A stretch of DNA of 52,178 nt from Candidatus Parvarchaeota archaeon (GCA_030615175.1 JAUWZX010000003.1:1-52178), one strand, 5' to 3'; positions 21,425-31,121 are shown, numbered from the stretch's first letter. The notes: a model not told the origin generated them from the sequence alone. Program-made: numbers and translations.

Positions 21425-21431
21425 TTTTTAT

Positions 21432-22793
21432 TCACTTCCGTCTCCTCACCAATGCGTAAGTTATTAGGCCTATTATGGCAAGGATTATGATGATGATTAT
21501 GATGAACGTGGTTGTTGTTATGCACGTGCCGAGTATGTTTATTTCTCCTTCAGTGCATGCTGTTGGGTTATCATCTACACAATTTGTTATTGGGTAGTGG
21601 TAGCATAATTCGCCTACGCATTCATCTGTCGTGCATGCGTCACTGTCATCGCAGTCAGAGTTAGTTCTGCATTCAGGCGTGGGTTCTATGCACTTAATGC
21701 TTATTGAGTCGCATCCGTAAGGGCATGCTTTTCTTTGATAATTGCATTGTGGCACTCCACTAATTACTGTGCATTCACCGTTAATTAATAAGTAGTATCC
21801 TTCTGCGCTACACTTGTCTGGGCATTGCATTCCGTCGCATGGGTTCGGGCAGTCACTTGGACAGGTTAAGTAGTTCTCATCTGCCTCGCAATCACCATTA
21901 CCACATTCAGTTATCGTGCAGTAAGGTATGTCTTCAAGAGTGCAGGTTCCCCATCTGCATATGTATCTCTTGCATCCTACTTCGCCTGAGCATGTGCTGT
22001 GTACGCCTTCTAGTGGCGTGTAAACGCATTCGCAGGTGGCGTAGTTTACTGTTTCATAGGTGCATGGGTTCCCGTCATCGCATCCGCTTGGTGTTTTAGT
22101 GCATACTGGTGCCGGGCAGTCTGCTGGGCAGTTTTCATAGGTTTCTCCTTCCCCGCATATTCCGTTATCGCAGTATTCTACTGGCGTTATGCATGTTGGC
22201 ATGGCTCTACAGTATTCTATCATTAGATCACATTCTTCTGGGCATGTTCGTGATATGTAAATTTCGTCTAAGCCGCACATTTTTTCTGCGCAGGTGCCTA
22301 GAACCCAGTCCGAGCATAAGCAGTCAATGTCGCAGTAGTATAATTCCAAGTGTTTTACTTCAGTATAGCGTGTGATGTAAGCTTCTCCTGGAACTAAGAA
22401 AATTTCTTCTTCGAAGTAGTAGTTTTCATCGAATACGACTAGGGCGCATCCTCCCCTGACTGTTGATGGGCAAGTAATTATTTTTCTGTCGTAGGGTGGA
22501 ATTGATCCCCATTCTTCAGGGAAGTCACTGCATAGGAATCCTCCAACGACTGTTAGTGGGAATACTCTGGTCCATGTTAGAGTGTCTTCTATGTACTTGC
22601 CGAAGCATGTGACGTGTGGCACCCCATCCTTTATTTCGTAGTGTTCTCTTATCGTGCAACCGCCTGATAGTACTGGTCTAGTGACTGCTTTAATCACGAA
22701 GTACCCTACCATTAATGACGCTATGAGTATTAATGTTGTGAATATTACTTTTCCTCTGGTGGTTTTAAGCCATTTTGGTATTTCTATTTTCAT
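21432..22793 (-). CDS. cysteine-rich membrane-anchored protein
   Basis: N- and C-terminal TM helices; CxNGxCExxE...CPxDC and CDDxxxCT repeats. Confidence 0.8.
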   Translation of the reverse strand: MKIEIPKWLKTTRGKVIFTTLILIASLMVGYFVIKAVTRPVLSGGCTIREHYEIKDGVPHVTCFGKYIEDTLTWTRVFPLTVVGGFLCSDFPEEWGSIPPYDRKIITCPSTVRGGCALVVFDENYYFEEEIFLVPGEAYITRYTEVKHLELYYCDIDCLCSDWVLGTCAEKMCGLDEIYISRTCPEECDLMIEYCRAMPTCITPVEYCDNGICGEGETYENCPADCPAPVCTKTPSGCDDGNPCTYETVNYATCECVYTPLEGVHSTCSGEVGCKRYICRWGTCTLEDIPYCTITECGNGDCEADENYLTCPSDCPNPCDGMQCPDKCSAEGYYLLINGECTVISGVPQCNYQRKACPYGCDSISIKCIEPTPECRTNSDCDDSDACTTDECVGELCYHYPITNCVDDNPTACTEGEINILGTCITTTTFIIIIIIILAIIGLITYALVRRRK

Positions 22794-22921
22794 TTATGTA
22801 ATCCTCCTTGTTCTATTATGTGTGTCGTAATTAATAAGTTTTCCATGTTTTTTACGTGCCGGGAGGGGAGTCCAATATCCGGAGGAGATGGGTATTAAGG
22901 ACTTGCTTTTTAAGTATGATT

Positions 22922-24799
22922 TCATTTACGGCCTCCTTTCCTAGCTTCTTTTATTTCTTGCCATATTATGTACCCTATTCCGAATGCTGTTGATGGGCCA
23001 ATAATCCATAATATTATTCCGAATCCTCCTGTTCCTATTAATCCTAGGATGATTATTAATAGCCAGTTAGTGAGTACGAACCATACAACGTATCCCGCTA
23101 GTGCACCCACTAAGGCTCCGATGATGTATCCTTCAACTCCTAGTTTTGATAGCCTGCCAATTAGTAATGCAATTATTGAACCAATGATTATTGCTAATAT
23201 TATCTCGTTAGGTATTGGTGTCCTGCTACTGCACACTCCGTTAATATCTGTTAGTCCTGGACAGCAGGCCTTGAATATTGTTGGGGTTTCACCATCTTGA
23301 GCGCAAGCGATTACTCTGCTCTTGCAGTATGCTTCTCCTGTTTCCCTGTAACCGCATACCTCGTCTGGCTCGCATATATCTACTAGGTCATCTGCGCTTC
23401 CGAATGGATTGCATTTATAAACCTCGTTTCCCACGCATACCCACCTGTTTGCTTGGCATACTCCTAATGGATTGCATTTTGCGGTGAATGTTCTTGAGTC
23501 TGTTCCGCCTACTGATGAGGCCGTTACCGTGCAGGTTTGCTCTGCGTAAGCTATGGTATCGCAGTATATTGGCAGGTTGAATGTGTAATCCATTCCAGGG
23601 TCTATTGTTTGTGATTGAGTTGCTCCGGCCCTGAATGGTTTTGGACAGGTTATGTAAGCGTCAAAGCCTTCTCTTTCATCGCCTATGTTCTTAACTATTG
23701 CTTTAACTTTTGCTTCTTCTTCACCTGAAATCATTGTGTCCATGTAAGCGCTTGTTACTTGTGGCACTCCTATTGGCTGGTATATTCCTAGCCAGTCCGC
23801 TCTTACGTAGAATATGTATGTTGGGATGCTTATGAAAGTGCTTAATTCTCTTATTACTACTCCCTCTGTTAGGCTTGCTGGGCTTTCAATGCCCCCAAAT
23901 GGTATTGGAGTCATTGCAGTATCCGCTGCCGTGTTAGTGCCATCGTAGGATTCTTGTATTCCCGCCCTGGTTATTGGTAATTCACCAATCTTCCCTATTA
24001 GTACATCGTATTTAGTTAAGTGATCTCTGTAGAAGTCATCGCTTATTATTCTCCAGTTGCCATCATAGGCTGATTTGTATGGGTCTTGGCTTGTGCAAGT
24101 TTCAGCTGTTGGTTTATAACCATCCCATTTAACGTAAACGTTATCCCTGAAGTCACCGTATGGCCCAACGTAGCCTCTTATGTCTGCATGAGTGTCGAAG
24201 TCTTTGCTGAATGTTTCAACGCCATTAGTGACGCTGATTGTTGACATCGTGTGTATTTGAGGGCTGTCAATGCTTCCTACTGGGTAATAAGTTATTTCTT
24301 CTATGCAGAAGCATGCTAGTTCAAGGTAGTATTTTCCTTGACCTATTAAGAATCCACTCACGCAGTGTTGTAGTGCTTCTTCTGTTGAAGGCACCCATCC
24401 GCAAAGCCATTCAACTTTGTTTAATTTAGTTATTGGCCTCCTAACTCTTTCTTTAAATATTATTGGGTATTCGCAGGTTTGCCGGCCGTAAGTAATATCT
24501 ATTTTGAAGTCTCTTTCCGCTGGTATTCCTGTTTCTTCATCTATCTCTGTTGAAGTAACGGTTCCAGTGGCGTATTGACTCATTCCTCCTTGACTAACGT
24601 ATAGTATCCATTGCTTGCCTGTGAAGAATGGGCTTGTTGAAACGAAATCAGCTTTGGTTAAGCTTAGTGTTGTGAATCCTGAATAACTTGATAGTAGTGA
24701 TGTGAAAGCGAATCTGGCTGGCGTAAAAATAATCATTAATGATACTGAAGCAACTAATGCTACTAGAATTAATACTTTACTCCTCTTCGTAATTATCAT
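22922..24799 (-). CDS. fsx1: archaeal fusexin (Fsx1/HAP2-like membrane fusogen)
   Basis: Colinear motifs matching Fsx1 as I recall it (TSPFFTG, VKWDG, NWRI, SLTEG..IPTYIFYVRA, PIGVPQV, VKNIGD, EVYKC..G..C..DE); three C-terminal TM helices. Confidence 0.75.
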   Translation of the reverse strand: MIITKRSKVLILVALVASVSLMIIFTPARFAFTSLLSSYSGFTTLSLTKADFVSTSPFFTGKQWILYVSQGGMSQYATGTVTSTEIDEETGIPAERDFKIDITYGRQTCEYPIIFKERVRRPITKLNKVEWLCGWVPSTEEALQHCVSGFLIGQGKYYLELACFCIEEITYYPVGSIDSPQIHTMSTISVTNGVETFSKDFDTHADIRGYVGPYGDFRDNVYVKWDGYKPTAETCTSQDPYKSAYDGNWRIISDDFYRDHLTKYDVLIGKIGELPITRAGIQESYDGTNTAADTAMTPIPFGGIESPASLTEGVVIRELSTFISIPTYIFYVRADWLGIYQPIGVPQVTSAYMDTMISGEEEAKVKAIVKNIGDEREGFDAYITCPKPFRAGATQSQTIDPGMDYTFNLPIYCDTIAYAEQTCTVTASSVGGTDSRTFTAKCNPLGVCQANRWVCVGNEVYKCNPFGSADDLVDICEPDEVCGYRETGEAYCKSRVIACAQDGETPTIFKACCPGLTDINGVCSSRTPIPNEIILAIIIGSIIALLIGRLSKLGVEGYIIGALVGALAGYVVWFVLTNWLLIIILGLIGTGGFGIILWIIGPSTAFGIGYIIWQEIKEARKGGRK

Positions 24800-24896
24800 T
24801 ACTCACACCTATTTGGTTCTCTTCATGTTCTTGTGTGCTTGGTCATTTTATTAAAAAAAAAATAAAAAAAATAATAAAATTTTATTCAAATCTTGT

Positions 24897-25550
24897 TTAT
24901 GTCTTCTGTCCGACTATAATGTCTGCTTCAATGTCTGCAACGTCGCCAGTAGTCTTTCCTTCTATCTTAACTTTGTAGATTGCTGCTGGTGTAACATTAT
25001 GGTTAGCTGCTAGGTCTGTTGACTTAATTTCTATGTCAAGTATGTACTTGCCTCTTTCTATTGGAAGATCGTATGACACGTCTAGTTCTCCGTCTTCTAT
25101 GTCATCACTAAAGTCTGTTAGTTTGTCGCATTCCCTGTACTCGTATAACTTGACTGAAGTAAGCGTTAGGTTAGTTACTATGGTTCCTGCCACTTCATCA
25201 ATTGTTATGTCACTTAATGCTTCCATGTCGCCTCCATCAATTTCAAAGTATAATGGAGCTTTCTTGAACTGACTGTTACCAGTGAAGTTTGTCATTGTAC
25301 CGTTTCCAGTCCACTTGTCATTTGTCGTGTCTTCCCTGAATGCTTGTGATTCAATGTCTTCTGCGAAGCATTCTTCCGTGGTTGTTAAGAACGCTACTGC
25401 GTCAAATTCTCCGTCGTACTCAACTGGAACTACTGGTATTACTGCTGCTATTGCTGCTGATACTCCCCATATTGCTAGTACAATTCCTAGTATTGCTGCG
25501 ACTGCGATAAACAAGACCGCCCACACATTTATTGCTGCTTTCCTATTCAT
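24897..25550 (-). CDS. acidic secreted or structural protein with pilin-like N-terminus
   Basis: MNRKA followed by a long hydrophobic helix; own promoter region and downstream T-rich terminator. Confidence 0.65.
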   Translation of the reverse strand: MNRKAAINVWAVLFIAVAAILGIVLAIWGVSAAIAAVIPVVPVEYDGEFDAVAFLTTTEECFAEDIESQAFREDTTNDKWTGNGTMTNFTGNSQFKKAPLYFEIDGGDMEALSDITIDEVAGTIVTNLTLTSVKLYEYRECDKLTDFSDDIEDGELDVSYDLPIERGKYILDIEIKSTDLAANHNVTPAAIYKVKIEGKTTGDVADIEADIIVGQKT

Positions 25551-25691
25551 TTTTAATTCACTTTTTTCTCCTAATTTTTAAAGTGCCCTCCCGGCACTTT
25601 ATTTAAAGGGTTTGACATTTTAGTAAATGTCGTAGTATTCTGGATGGTTTAGGGGTTTATAAATGGTTAGAAGGAGTAAACTTGTTTTTAG

Positions 25692-26327
25692 TTACTTGCC
25701 AGTAGTGGCTTTCTTATAGTTTTTATAGGATGTTATAAATGCGATGGTAATCATTACCGTTGTTATCAAACTGGTTGTGAAAGGGAATTGTTCAGTAATA
25801 TTCAACAACATGTTAGTAAACTCGAAAATAGTTAATGGAATAATAACTATTAAAGCAATGATTGTTGAGAATAAAGTTAGTAATTGAGGGTTGCTCTGCT
25901 GAGAATTATTTTGTGGTTTATTCTTTAAGTCACTTATCTCCTTCCTTACTTGCTTTATTTCCTTAACTATCTTCTTACTTGACTCTTCTGGCGTGTAACT
26001 CTTAGTCTCCTTTGCTAGTGGGAAGTAGAATACTGTTCTTAAATCCTTATTCTTGATTAATTCCTTAATGCTGTCTGGAGCGTCTTCAAGTTTCATGTCA
26101 TGAGATGTCTTCTTCTCTATTAATCCATGCTTAAGCATTGTATTAAGTATTCTTGAAATCTTTGTTTCATTAATGTTCAAGTCCTGAGCAAGTACTTTAC
26201 GATAATGGTTGCCCTTACTAATTGAATTCCAAACCCCGTAATAATTGCCTTTAAGTGAATACTTATCCTTATCAGGATTAATAACATAAGTTACCGCTAT
26301 TCCTCCTCCATCAGTTAACTCCTTCAT
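25692..26327 (-). CDS. wHTH protein with two C-terminal TM helices
   Basis: LAQDLNINETKISRILNTMLKHGLIEK; hydrophobic C-terminus. Confidence 0.65.
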   Translation of the reverse strand: MKELTDGGGIAVTYVINPDKDKYSLKGNYYGVWNSISKGNHYRKVLAQDLNINETKISRILNTMLKHGLIEKKTSHDMKLEDAPDSIKELIKNKDLRTVFYFPLAKETKSYTPEESSKKIVKEIKQVRKEISDLKNKPQNNSQQSNPQLLTLFSTIIALIVIIPLTIFEFTNMLLNITEQFPFTTSLITTVMITIAFITSYKNYKKATTGK

Positions 26328-26340
26328 TACACCAAACCCT

Positions 26341-26724
26341 TTACGTCAAGCTTACATTAATTTCTTGCGGTATCATTAATGGCATGACTAAACCGAAAAA
26401 TAATAATAAACCAAATATTAAGATTAAAAATGGTATGACCCACTTCCTAAAGAAATTAGTAAATCTTTCAGAACCCTTCAATATTAATGAAATGAATCCA
26501 ATGAATAATATTAACTGAAGAACTGACATGGCTGAATTCATAAATAACTTTGCTTGGTCTGGGAATGTTGGAGTAATAATGCTAGTAATCCATGATGATA
26601 AACCCCAAGACATGCCCCATGAATAACTGAAGAATCCCACAATCTGATTAAATATTGCTTGCCCTGACTCAACACCAGTCAAGTTACCAGTTAAGTTAGT
26701 AAGAGTCTCATTCAATTCATTCAT
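26341..26724 (-). CDS. membrane protein
   Basis: Hydrophobic segments; ATGA overlap. Confidence 0.7.
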   Translation of the reverse strand: MNELNETLTNLTGNLTGVESGQAIFNQIVGFFSYSWGMSWGLSSWITSIITPTFPDQAKLFMNSAMSVLQLILFIGFISLILKGSERFTNFFRKWVIPFLILIFGLLLFFGLVMPLMIPQEINVSLT

Positions 26725-27239
26725 CCCCCTGCCGTTGCGTTAACTGTTTGAGTAATGATTAAGCCTGAAAGATTTAATGACATCATTAAAACTAAACCCA
26801 TACAGATTAAGAATATTGACGTAATGAGATTGGACCAGTACCTAGAGCGACGTATCAGCGTCATTACTTTCTGAAATCCTTTATTAAGATAATCCCAAAT
26901 AATAAAAATACTCAACCCAATTAGCATGGGGAAGAAAAATAACGCTAAATGATTAATCAATAACGGTATTGGGGTATGTGTTGCTACAAAGTTTAAAATC
27001 CAAAGCGCATAAGAAATTATTACTGGAACTGGGAAAACACTTAATGATTTTTTAATTGAAGGGGTTAATTCCGTGAGGGGTGACAAGATAAAAAGCGAGA
27101 CAGTTGAACTAACGAATAAAGCAGTAAACTGCGCAGGAGCAAAAAAACCAAAATAAGTCAACACGAATCCTAAGAAATAAACTGTGAAAAGTGATAATGG
27201 ATAATTTTTAACAATTTCACTAATGTCAAGCTCTACCAT
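26721..27239 (-). CDS. multi-pass membrane protein
   Basis: About five hydrophobic segments. Confidence 0.7.
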   Translation of the reverse strand: MVELDISEIVKNYPLSLFTVYFLGFVLTYFGFFAPAQFTALFVSSTVSLFILSPLTELTPSIKKSLSVFPVPVIISYALWILNFVATHTPIPLLINHLALFFFPMLIGLSIFIIWDYLNKGFQKVMTLIRRSRYWSNLITSIFLICMGLVLMMSLNLSGLIITQTVNATAGG

Positions 27240-27252
27240 ATTGAATCATTTA

Positions 27253-27825
27253 TTAAGCATCCGTTACATTTAAGTTTTCCTCTAAATCATTAAATCCATA
27301 AAATGTTTCGTTAATGCAGTCTTCGCAATGTCCTATTTGCACTATTCCTGTTTTAAAGGCCTCATCCAGATTACAAAACTTCTTAGCTTGCGAAATATTG
27401 AACTCAAAGAATAATGCCTCATTCAAGGGGTATGGCCAAATTACTTTTATTGCTCCAGTTTGGCAATCGTAAGAGTATCCGCTACCTTTAAATCCGTAAA
27501 GTTCCCCTATTGCAAGGGTTCTTGCAAATAAAACTCTTTTATGAGTTCTTACACCCTCATTTTGGTCTGCGCAGTTAAAGAGTCCACGAACCACGGAGTA
27601 CTCTGTTTTAACTAGTTTCCTTACATATATTATCTCGCAGTTGCCTAGTGATTGAACCATTGGCGTTCTTACGCCAATTACTTTCTCTGAATAACCATTA
27701 TTCCAACCTGTTGAGTATGTGAAGTTAATTATTAATATCACACAAATTATTGTTAAGATTACTGGGATTATGAAATACTTATTTTCATTAATCCACTCGC
27801 TAACCTGATTCCTCTTCTCAGTCAT
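27253..27825 (-). CDS. N-terminally anchored membrane protein
   Basis: Single TM helix; ATG at 27825 preceded by AGGGTTTGG. Confidence 0.65.
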   Translation of the reverse strand: MTEKRNQVSEWINENKYFIIPVILTIICVILIINFTYSTGWNNGYSEKVIGVRTPMVQSLGNCEIIYVRKLVKTEYSVVRGLFNCADQNEGVRTHKRVLFARTLAIGELYGFKGSGYSYDCQTGAIKVIWPYPLNEALFFEFNISQAKKFCNLDEAFKTGIVQIGHCEDCINETFYGFNDLEENLNVTDA

Positions 27826-27880
27826 TGCCAAACCCTTTCCTTATTTTAATGCGTTATTAGTATAAAAGAGTTACTCTTCC

Positions 27881-28402
27881 CTATTTTATTACTTCAATTT
27901 CGAATCTGCCGTAGCGAGGCCTGTCATCACCAATGCCTTTGAACCTGCCCGCACTTTTTAGTATTTCTAGTGCGACTTCAATGTCAAGATTAGGGTCTAT
28001 TGAAGTTAGCTCGAACTCGGCGCTCCAGTTATCAAAGCGTGGTCTCCACCTTAATATCCTGCTCCTCTGTATTACTACTGCCGCCTCATCAATCTCGTAT
28101 TTCTGTGGATTTATCTTTATCTCTTGCGGTTCAATGAAGCATGCTGCCTTAATGATTTCCTTATAAGACTTCTTCCCTTCATACTTGAAGTCAACTGCTG
28201 CCTTTATCATCGCTGCTTCTACTTGCCTTGCCGGTATGTAAAGCATTCCTTCTTTATTCCTGTACGCTGCTTTCTCCGCTTCCTCTTTAGGGTCATAAGT
28301 TTTCTTTTTCTTCTTAGTTCCTTTCTGATCTTCCATTACGAACCTATGCTGTAAGTAAGGCCTTAAACCTTTTATTCTCACTTTAATTCTCTGTTCCTGC
28401 AT
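27881..28402 (-). CDS. stand-alone Cas7/RAMP-like protein
   Basis: N-terminal strand IKVRIKGLRPYLQH, LYIPARQVEAAM, RPRFDNWSAEFEL, C-terminal glycine loop AGRFKGIGDDRPRYGRF; no other cas genes or CRISPR array. Confidence 0.8.
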   Translation of the reverse strand: MQEQRIKVRIKGLRPYLQHRFVMEDQKGTKKKKKTYDPKEEAEKAAYRNKEGMLYIPARQVEAAMIKAAVDFKYEGKKSYKEIIKAACFIEPQEIKINPQKYEIDEAAVVIQRSRILRWRPRFDNWSAEFELTSIDPNLDIEVALEILKSAGRFKGIGDDRPRYGRFEIEVIK

Positions 28403-28706
28403 CACGTATTACCTCCCTTATTTCATTAATGCATTCTTGAGTGTTATTCTCAACTTGCTTGCTAGGGAATCTTATTACTTTGTACCCTAACTTCTTTAAA
28501 GCATAATCCCTACGTCTGTCTTTAATTAATCTTTTACCTCGATGCCAGTGCTCGCCATCAACTTCAATGTCGATTAATAATCCTCGAATCTTGAAATCAA
28601 GGATTAACTTACTAGGCACTGGATATTGTTCAATGGCATCAATCCCTGCTTCCTTCATAGCCTTCTTTAAAACCCTCTCAGGCTTAGTTAAATACCTGCC
28701 CCTCAT
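28383..28706 (-). CDS. DUF559/Vsr-like endonuclease
   Basis: EQY...LDF...IEVDGEHWH...DRRRD..L...GYKVIRF. Confidence 0.85.
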   Translation of the reverse strand: MRGRYLTKPERVLKKAMKEAGIDAIEQYPVPSKLILDFKIRGLLIDIEVDGEHWHRGKRLIKDRRRDYALKKLGYKVIRFPSKQVENNTQECINEIREVIRDAGTEN

Positions 28707-28720
28707 CTTTTATCACTTAT

Positions 28721-28996
28721 TTACCAGTTCACGAACTCGTCTTTTTCTTCTTTGTCTATTTCTTCTTTTAATGTTTCCATGTGGGTTTCTAATACTGGTT
28801 TTGGACCATAAGCCATCATTCTTCCTTCAACGAATTCAAAGTCTGGTTCTCCTGTGTCTGCGAAGAAGTTTCCAACAAAGCTAACATTCCCTTCGTGTTT
28901 TTTAACCCATTTACTAATGGCATTCATCATATCTTTCAATTCTTTACTGTGTTTTTGTTCTTTCTCAGTTCCGTTTTCTTTAGTTTTTTCACTCAT
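28721..28996 (-). CDS. hypothetical protein in the RAMP operon
   Basis: Tightly packed between the small regulator and DUF559. Confidence 0.7.
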   Translation of the reverse strand: MSEKTKENGTEKEQKHSKELKDMMNAISKWVKKHEGNVSFVGNFFADTGEPDFEFVEGRMMAYGPKPVLETHMETLKEEIDKEEKDEFVNW

Positions 28997-29000
28997 TTCA

Positions 29001-29120
29001 TTATTCCTCCTTTTTACAGTCCGCTATTTCTAGTATGAATTCACGCCATGTTCTTTCCCCTTTCTTCTTTTTTAGGCATTTGAATTCCTTATCCGTGAAT
29101 ATTTCATTAACAGTTCTCAT
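29001..29120 (-). CDS. small ribbon-helix-helix-like regulator (39 aa)
   Basis: MRTVNEIFTDKEFKCLKKKKGERTWREFILE; ATG about 25 nt after TTTATAAA, so probably leaderless. Confidence 0.55.
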   Translation of the reverse strand: MRTVNEIFTDKEFKCLKKKKGERTWREFILEIADCKKEE

Positions 29121-29145
29121 TACTTTCTTTCTAAGAATGAAAGAG

Positions 29146-29190
29146 TTTATAAATCTTTCTACTCCCCACAGAATAATAAAGTATTTAAAT
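29146..29190. promoter_or_regulatory. back-to-back archaeal TATA promoters
   Basis: TTTATAAA 29146-53 is spaced for the minus-strand ATG at 29120; TATTTAAAT 29182-90 is spaced for a plus-strand start near 29213. Confidence 0.6.
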
Positions 29191-29212
29191 AATAAAATAA
29201 CCATTAAGTAAT

Positions 29213-29341
29213 GGGTTGAAAAACCCTCTATGAGTTATGTTATGTTGAGGTATGTTACATTGAGTCGAGTTGGGAATGTGTTACGTTGAGTTTGGTTGTG
29301 TTAAGTTGAGGAAAAGTTAGGAGGGGCATCCCTCCTGACTT
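29213..29341 (+). ncRNA. putative guide-like RNA: 5' GAAA hairpin, (GTT-NN) pentamer array, 3' hairpin
   Basis: GGGTT-GAAA-AACCC; 11 exact GTT among 15 slots at 5-nt period; AAGTTAGGAGGG-GCAT-CCCTCCTGACTT. Confidence 0.75.
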
Positions 29342-29528
29342 AAATAATTAAAAATGTAAGGGGGTTACTCCTCACTTTTCTGACATTCTTATTATTAGTC
29401 TAGTTGGATCTGGATTTTCAATTATTATTTTCCGCCCTGTTTCTTTTTCAACACACATAGTCCGGCCCATTTCGTCAATATCAGTTATCGTGCATTCCAA
29501 AATTTTATCTTCCATTCGCTTTAACCTC

Positions 29529-31121
29529 CTATACTTTTTTTGATATATAATAGTATATTCCTGCAAAGAATAATATGATTGCTATTAGTGTGATTGCTTG
29601 GAATAGGATTAGTGGTGGCGCTGGTATGTAATGAATTTCTGTTTCCTTTTTCTTAGTGACTTTCTTAATTGTTACTAATTCCCTGATTGTTTCCCTGACT
29701 TCGAAGATGCCTGTTATTGAGTCGCTGCTTGCACTGTTATTCTTTGATGTTATGTTGAAGTTGTAAACGCCTACGTAAACTAGTGTGTCCGTGTTGATTG
29801 AGTGGCTGGTTCTTGATCCTGTGATGATGTTCGTGTCATCGTAGCTTATTAAGTTATTCCATACTCTGATTCTAGTGTCGGCTAGGAAGTTAGTGTCCCA
29901 TGTGAATGTGTTGTACTCTCCTCCTAGTATGTAGGTTGAGTATGTGCTGTTCTCTATTTCTACAGCATATATTCTAGTGTAGTAAGTGGTGATGTTGTAT
30001 AGTTCTGGGCTTCCATTGTCAGTGTAGAAGTCTGCTCTGTACTGGAAGTATCTATTATTACTGACTGTTAAGTTCTGTGGTGCTTTAATATATGTTTCAT
30101 TCCATGAGTCTCCAGTGCAGGTTGCGTCGTCGCAACTCCTGACTGTCAGGTTTAGTTTCATTATTCCTCTTTCATACAGGTTTAGTGCTTCTGTTGCGGT
30201 TAATTGCCTGTTGAATAATGCGAATTCATCTATTGTTCCGTTAAAGCTTCTTAAACCGTCGCCTCTTGAGCCTATCATGTAGTCTTCGGCTGCGTCTGAC
30301 AGTCTTGCACCGATTGGTGCTTGTACTTGTGGTATTGACCTACTCGCACCGTTCAAGTATAAGTGCGGGCTATTTAGTATTGAGCTACTATTGTAATCTA
30401 TTACTATATGGGTCCACTCGTTTAAGGGTATTATTAATCCAGTAGTCCATATTCCTGCTTGAGTGAAGAAGTACCTGACGAATGATAATTTAACGTGGGT
30501 TCCATTATCCTCTCTGACGTATAATATGCTGTAACCGTCTTTATCCATTATTCTGCCCGTGTCTGATTCCCCGTCACTCCCTGGGTATATCCATACGCTT
30601 AGGGTTGCGAATTCAATCCATACGTCGTCTAGCGTGGCATTGCTTTTTAAATTAATGTAGTCGCCGTCTCCATCAAAGTCTAGTGCAGTGTTTAATTTGC
30701 CTGTGGCGTTGTAGGTTACGTCGCCTCCGGTTGTTCCATTGTTTCCTTCACCTGAGTAATCAATTATTACCCCGCTTGCTTCGTTCAGGTGCATTAGTAA
30801 TACATTATCTGACATGTTCATCGGGTTAACTATGTAGTCCTCGCTTGACTTATTGTGCGGTAATTCGTAGCCGTAGCCACTCCACCACGTAATATTATTC
30901 CATTTTGATGTACCGCTTGAATCTAACACCTTGCTCGTGTAATTGCCTGAACTATAAGATAAGTTTAATTGAACTGCCCTTAGAGTGTCATTGAAGAAGG
31001 TGTTATTATATATCCCTTCATTAAAGGCCGATTCATTATTCACTTGCCAGATTGAGTCTGCATGAGCAATAGTTATGATTAATAATGAAGTAATTACTGT
31101 TAGTATTGATTTCTTATTCAT
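29529..31121 (-). CDS. LamG-domain surface protein with C-terminal TM helix
   Basis: Signal peptide; LDFDGDGDYI...TLSVWI...WTHIV...FNGTIDEFALFNRQLT. Confidence 0.85.
   Translation of the reverse strand: MNKKSILTVITSLLIITIAHADSIWQVNNESAFNEGIYNNTFFNDTLRAVQLNLSYSSGNYTSKVLDSSGTSKWNNITWWSGYGYELPHNKSSEDYIVNPMNMSDNVLLMHLNEASGVIIDYSGEGNNGTTGGDVTYNATGKLNTALDFDGDGDYINLKSNATLDDVWIEFATLSVWIYPGSDGESDTGRIMDKDGYSILYVREDNGTHVKLSFVRYFFTQAGIWTTGLIIPLNEWTHIVIDYNSSSILNSPHLYLNGASRSIPQVQAPIGARLSDAAEDYMIGSRGDGLRSFNGTIDEFALFNRQLTATEALNLYERGIMKLNLTVRSCDDATCTGDSWNETYIKAPQNLTVSNNRYFQYRADFYTDNGSPELYNITTYYTRIYAVEIENSTYSTYILGGEYNTFTWDTNFLADTRIRVWNNLISYDDTNIITGSRTSHSINTDTLVYVGVYNFNITSKNNSASSDSITGIFEVRETIRELVTIKKVTKKKETEIHYIPAPPLILFQAITLIAIILFFAGIYYYISKKV

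Noticed and set aside
29232..29312. Simple microsatellite explanation for the pentamer array
   Set aside because: Variation is concentrated in two of five positions, and the array is bounded by hairpins and a promoter; not formally excluded.
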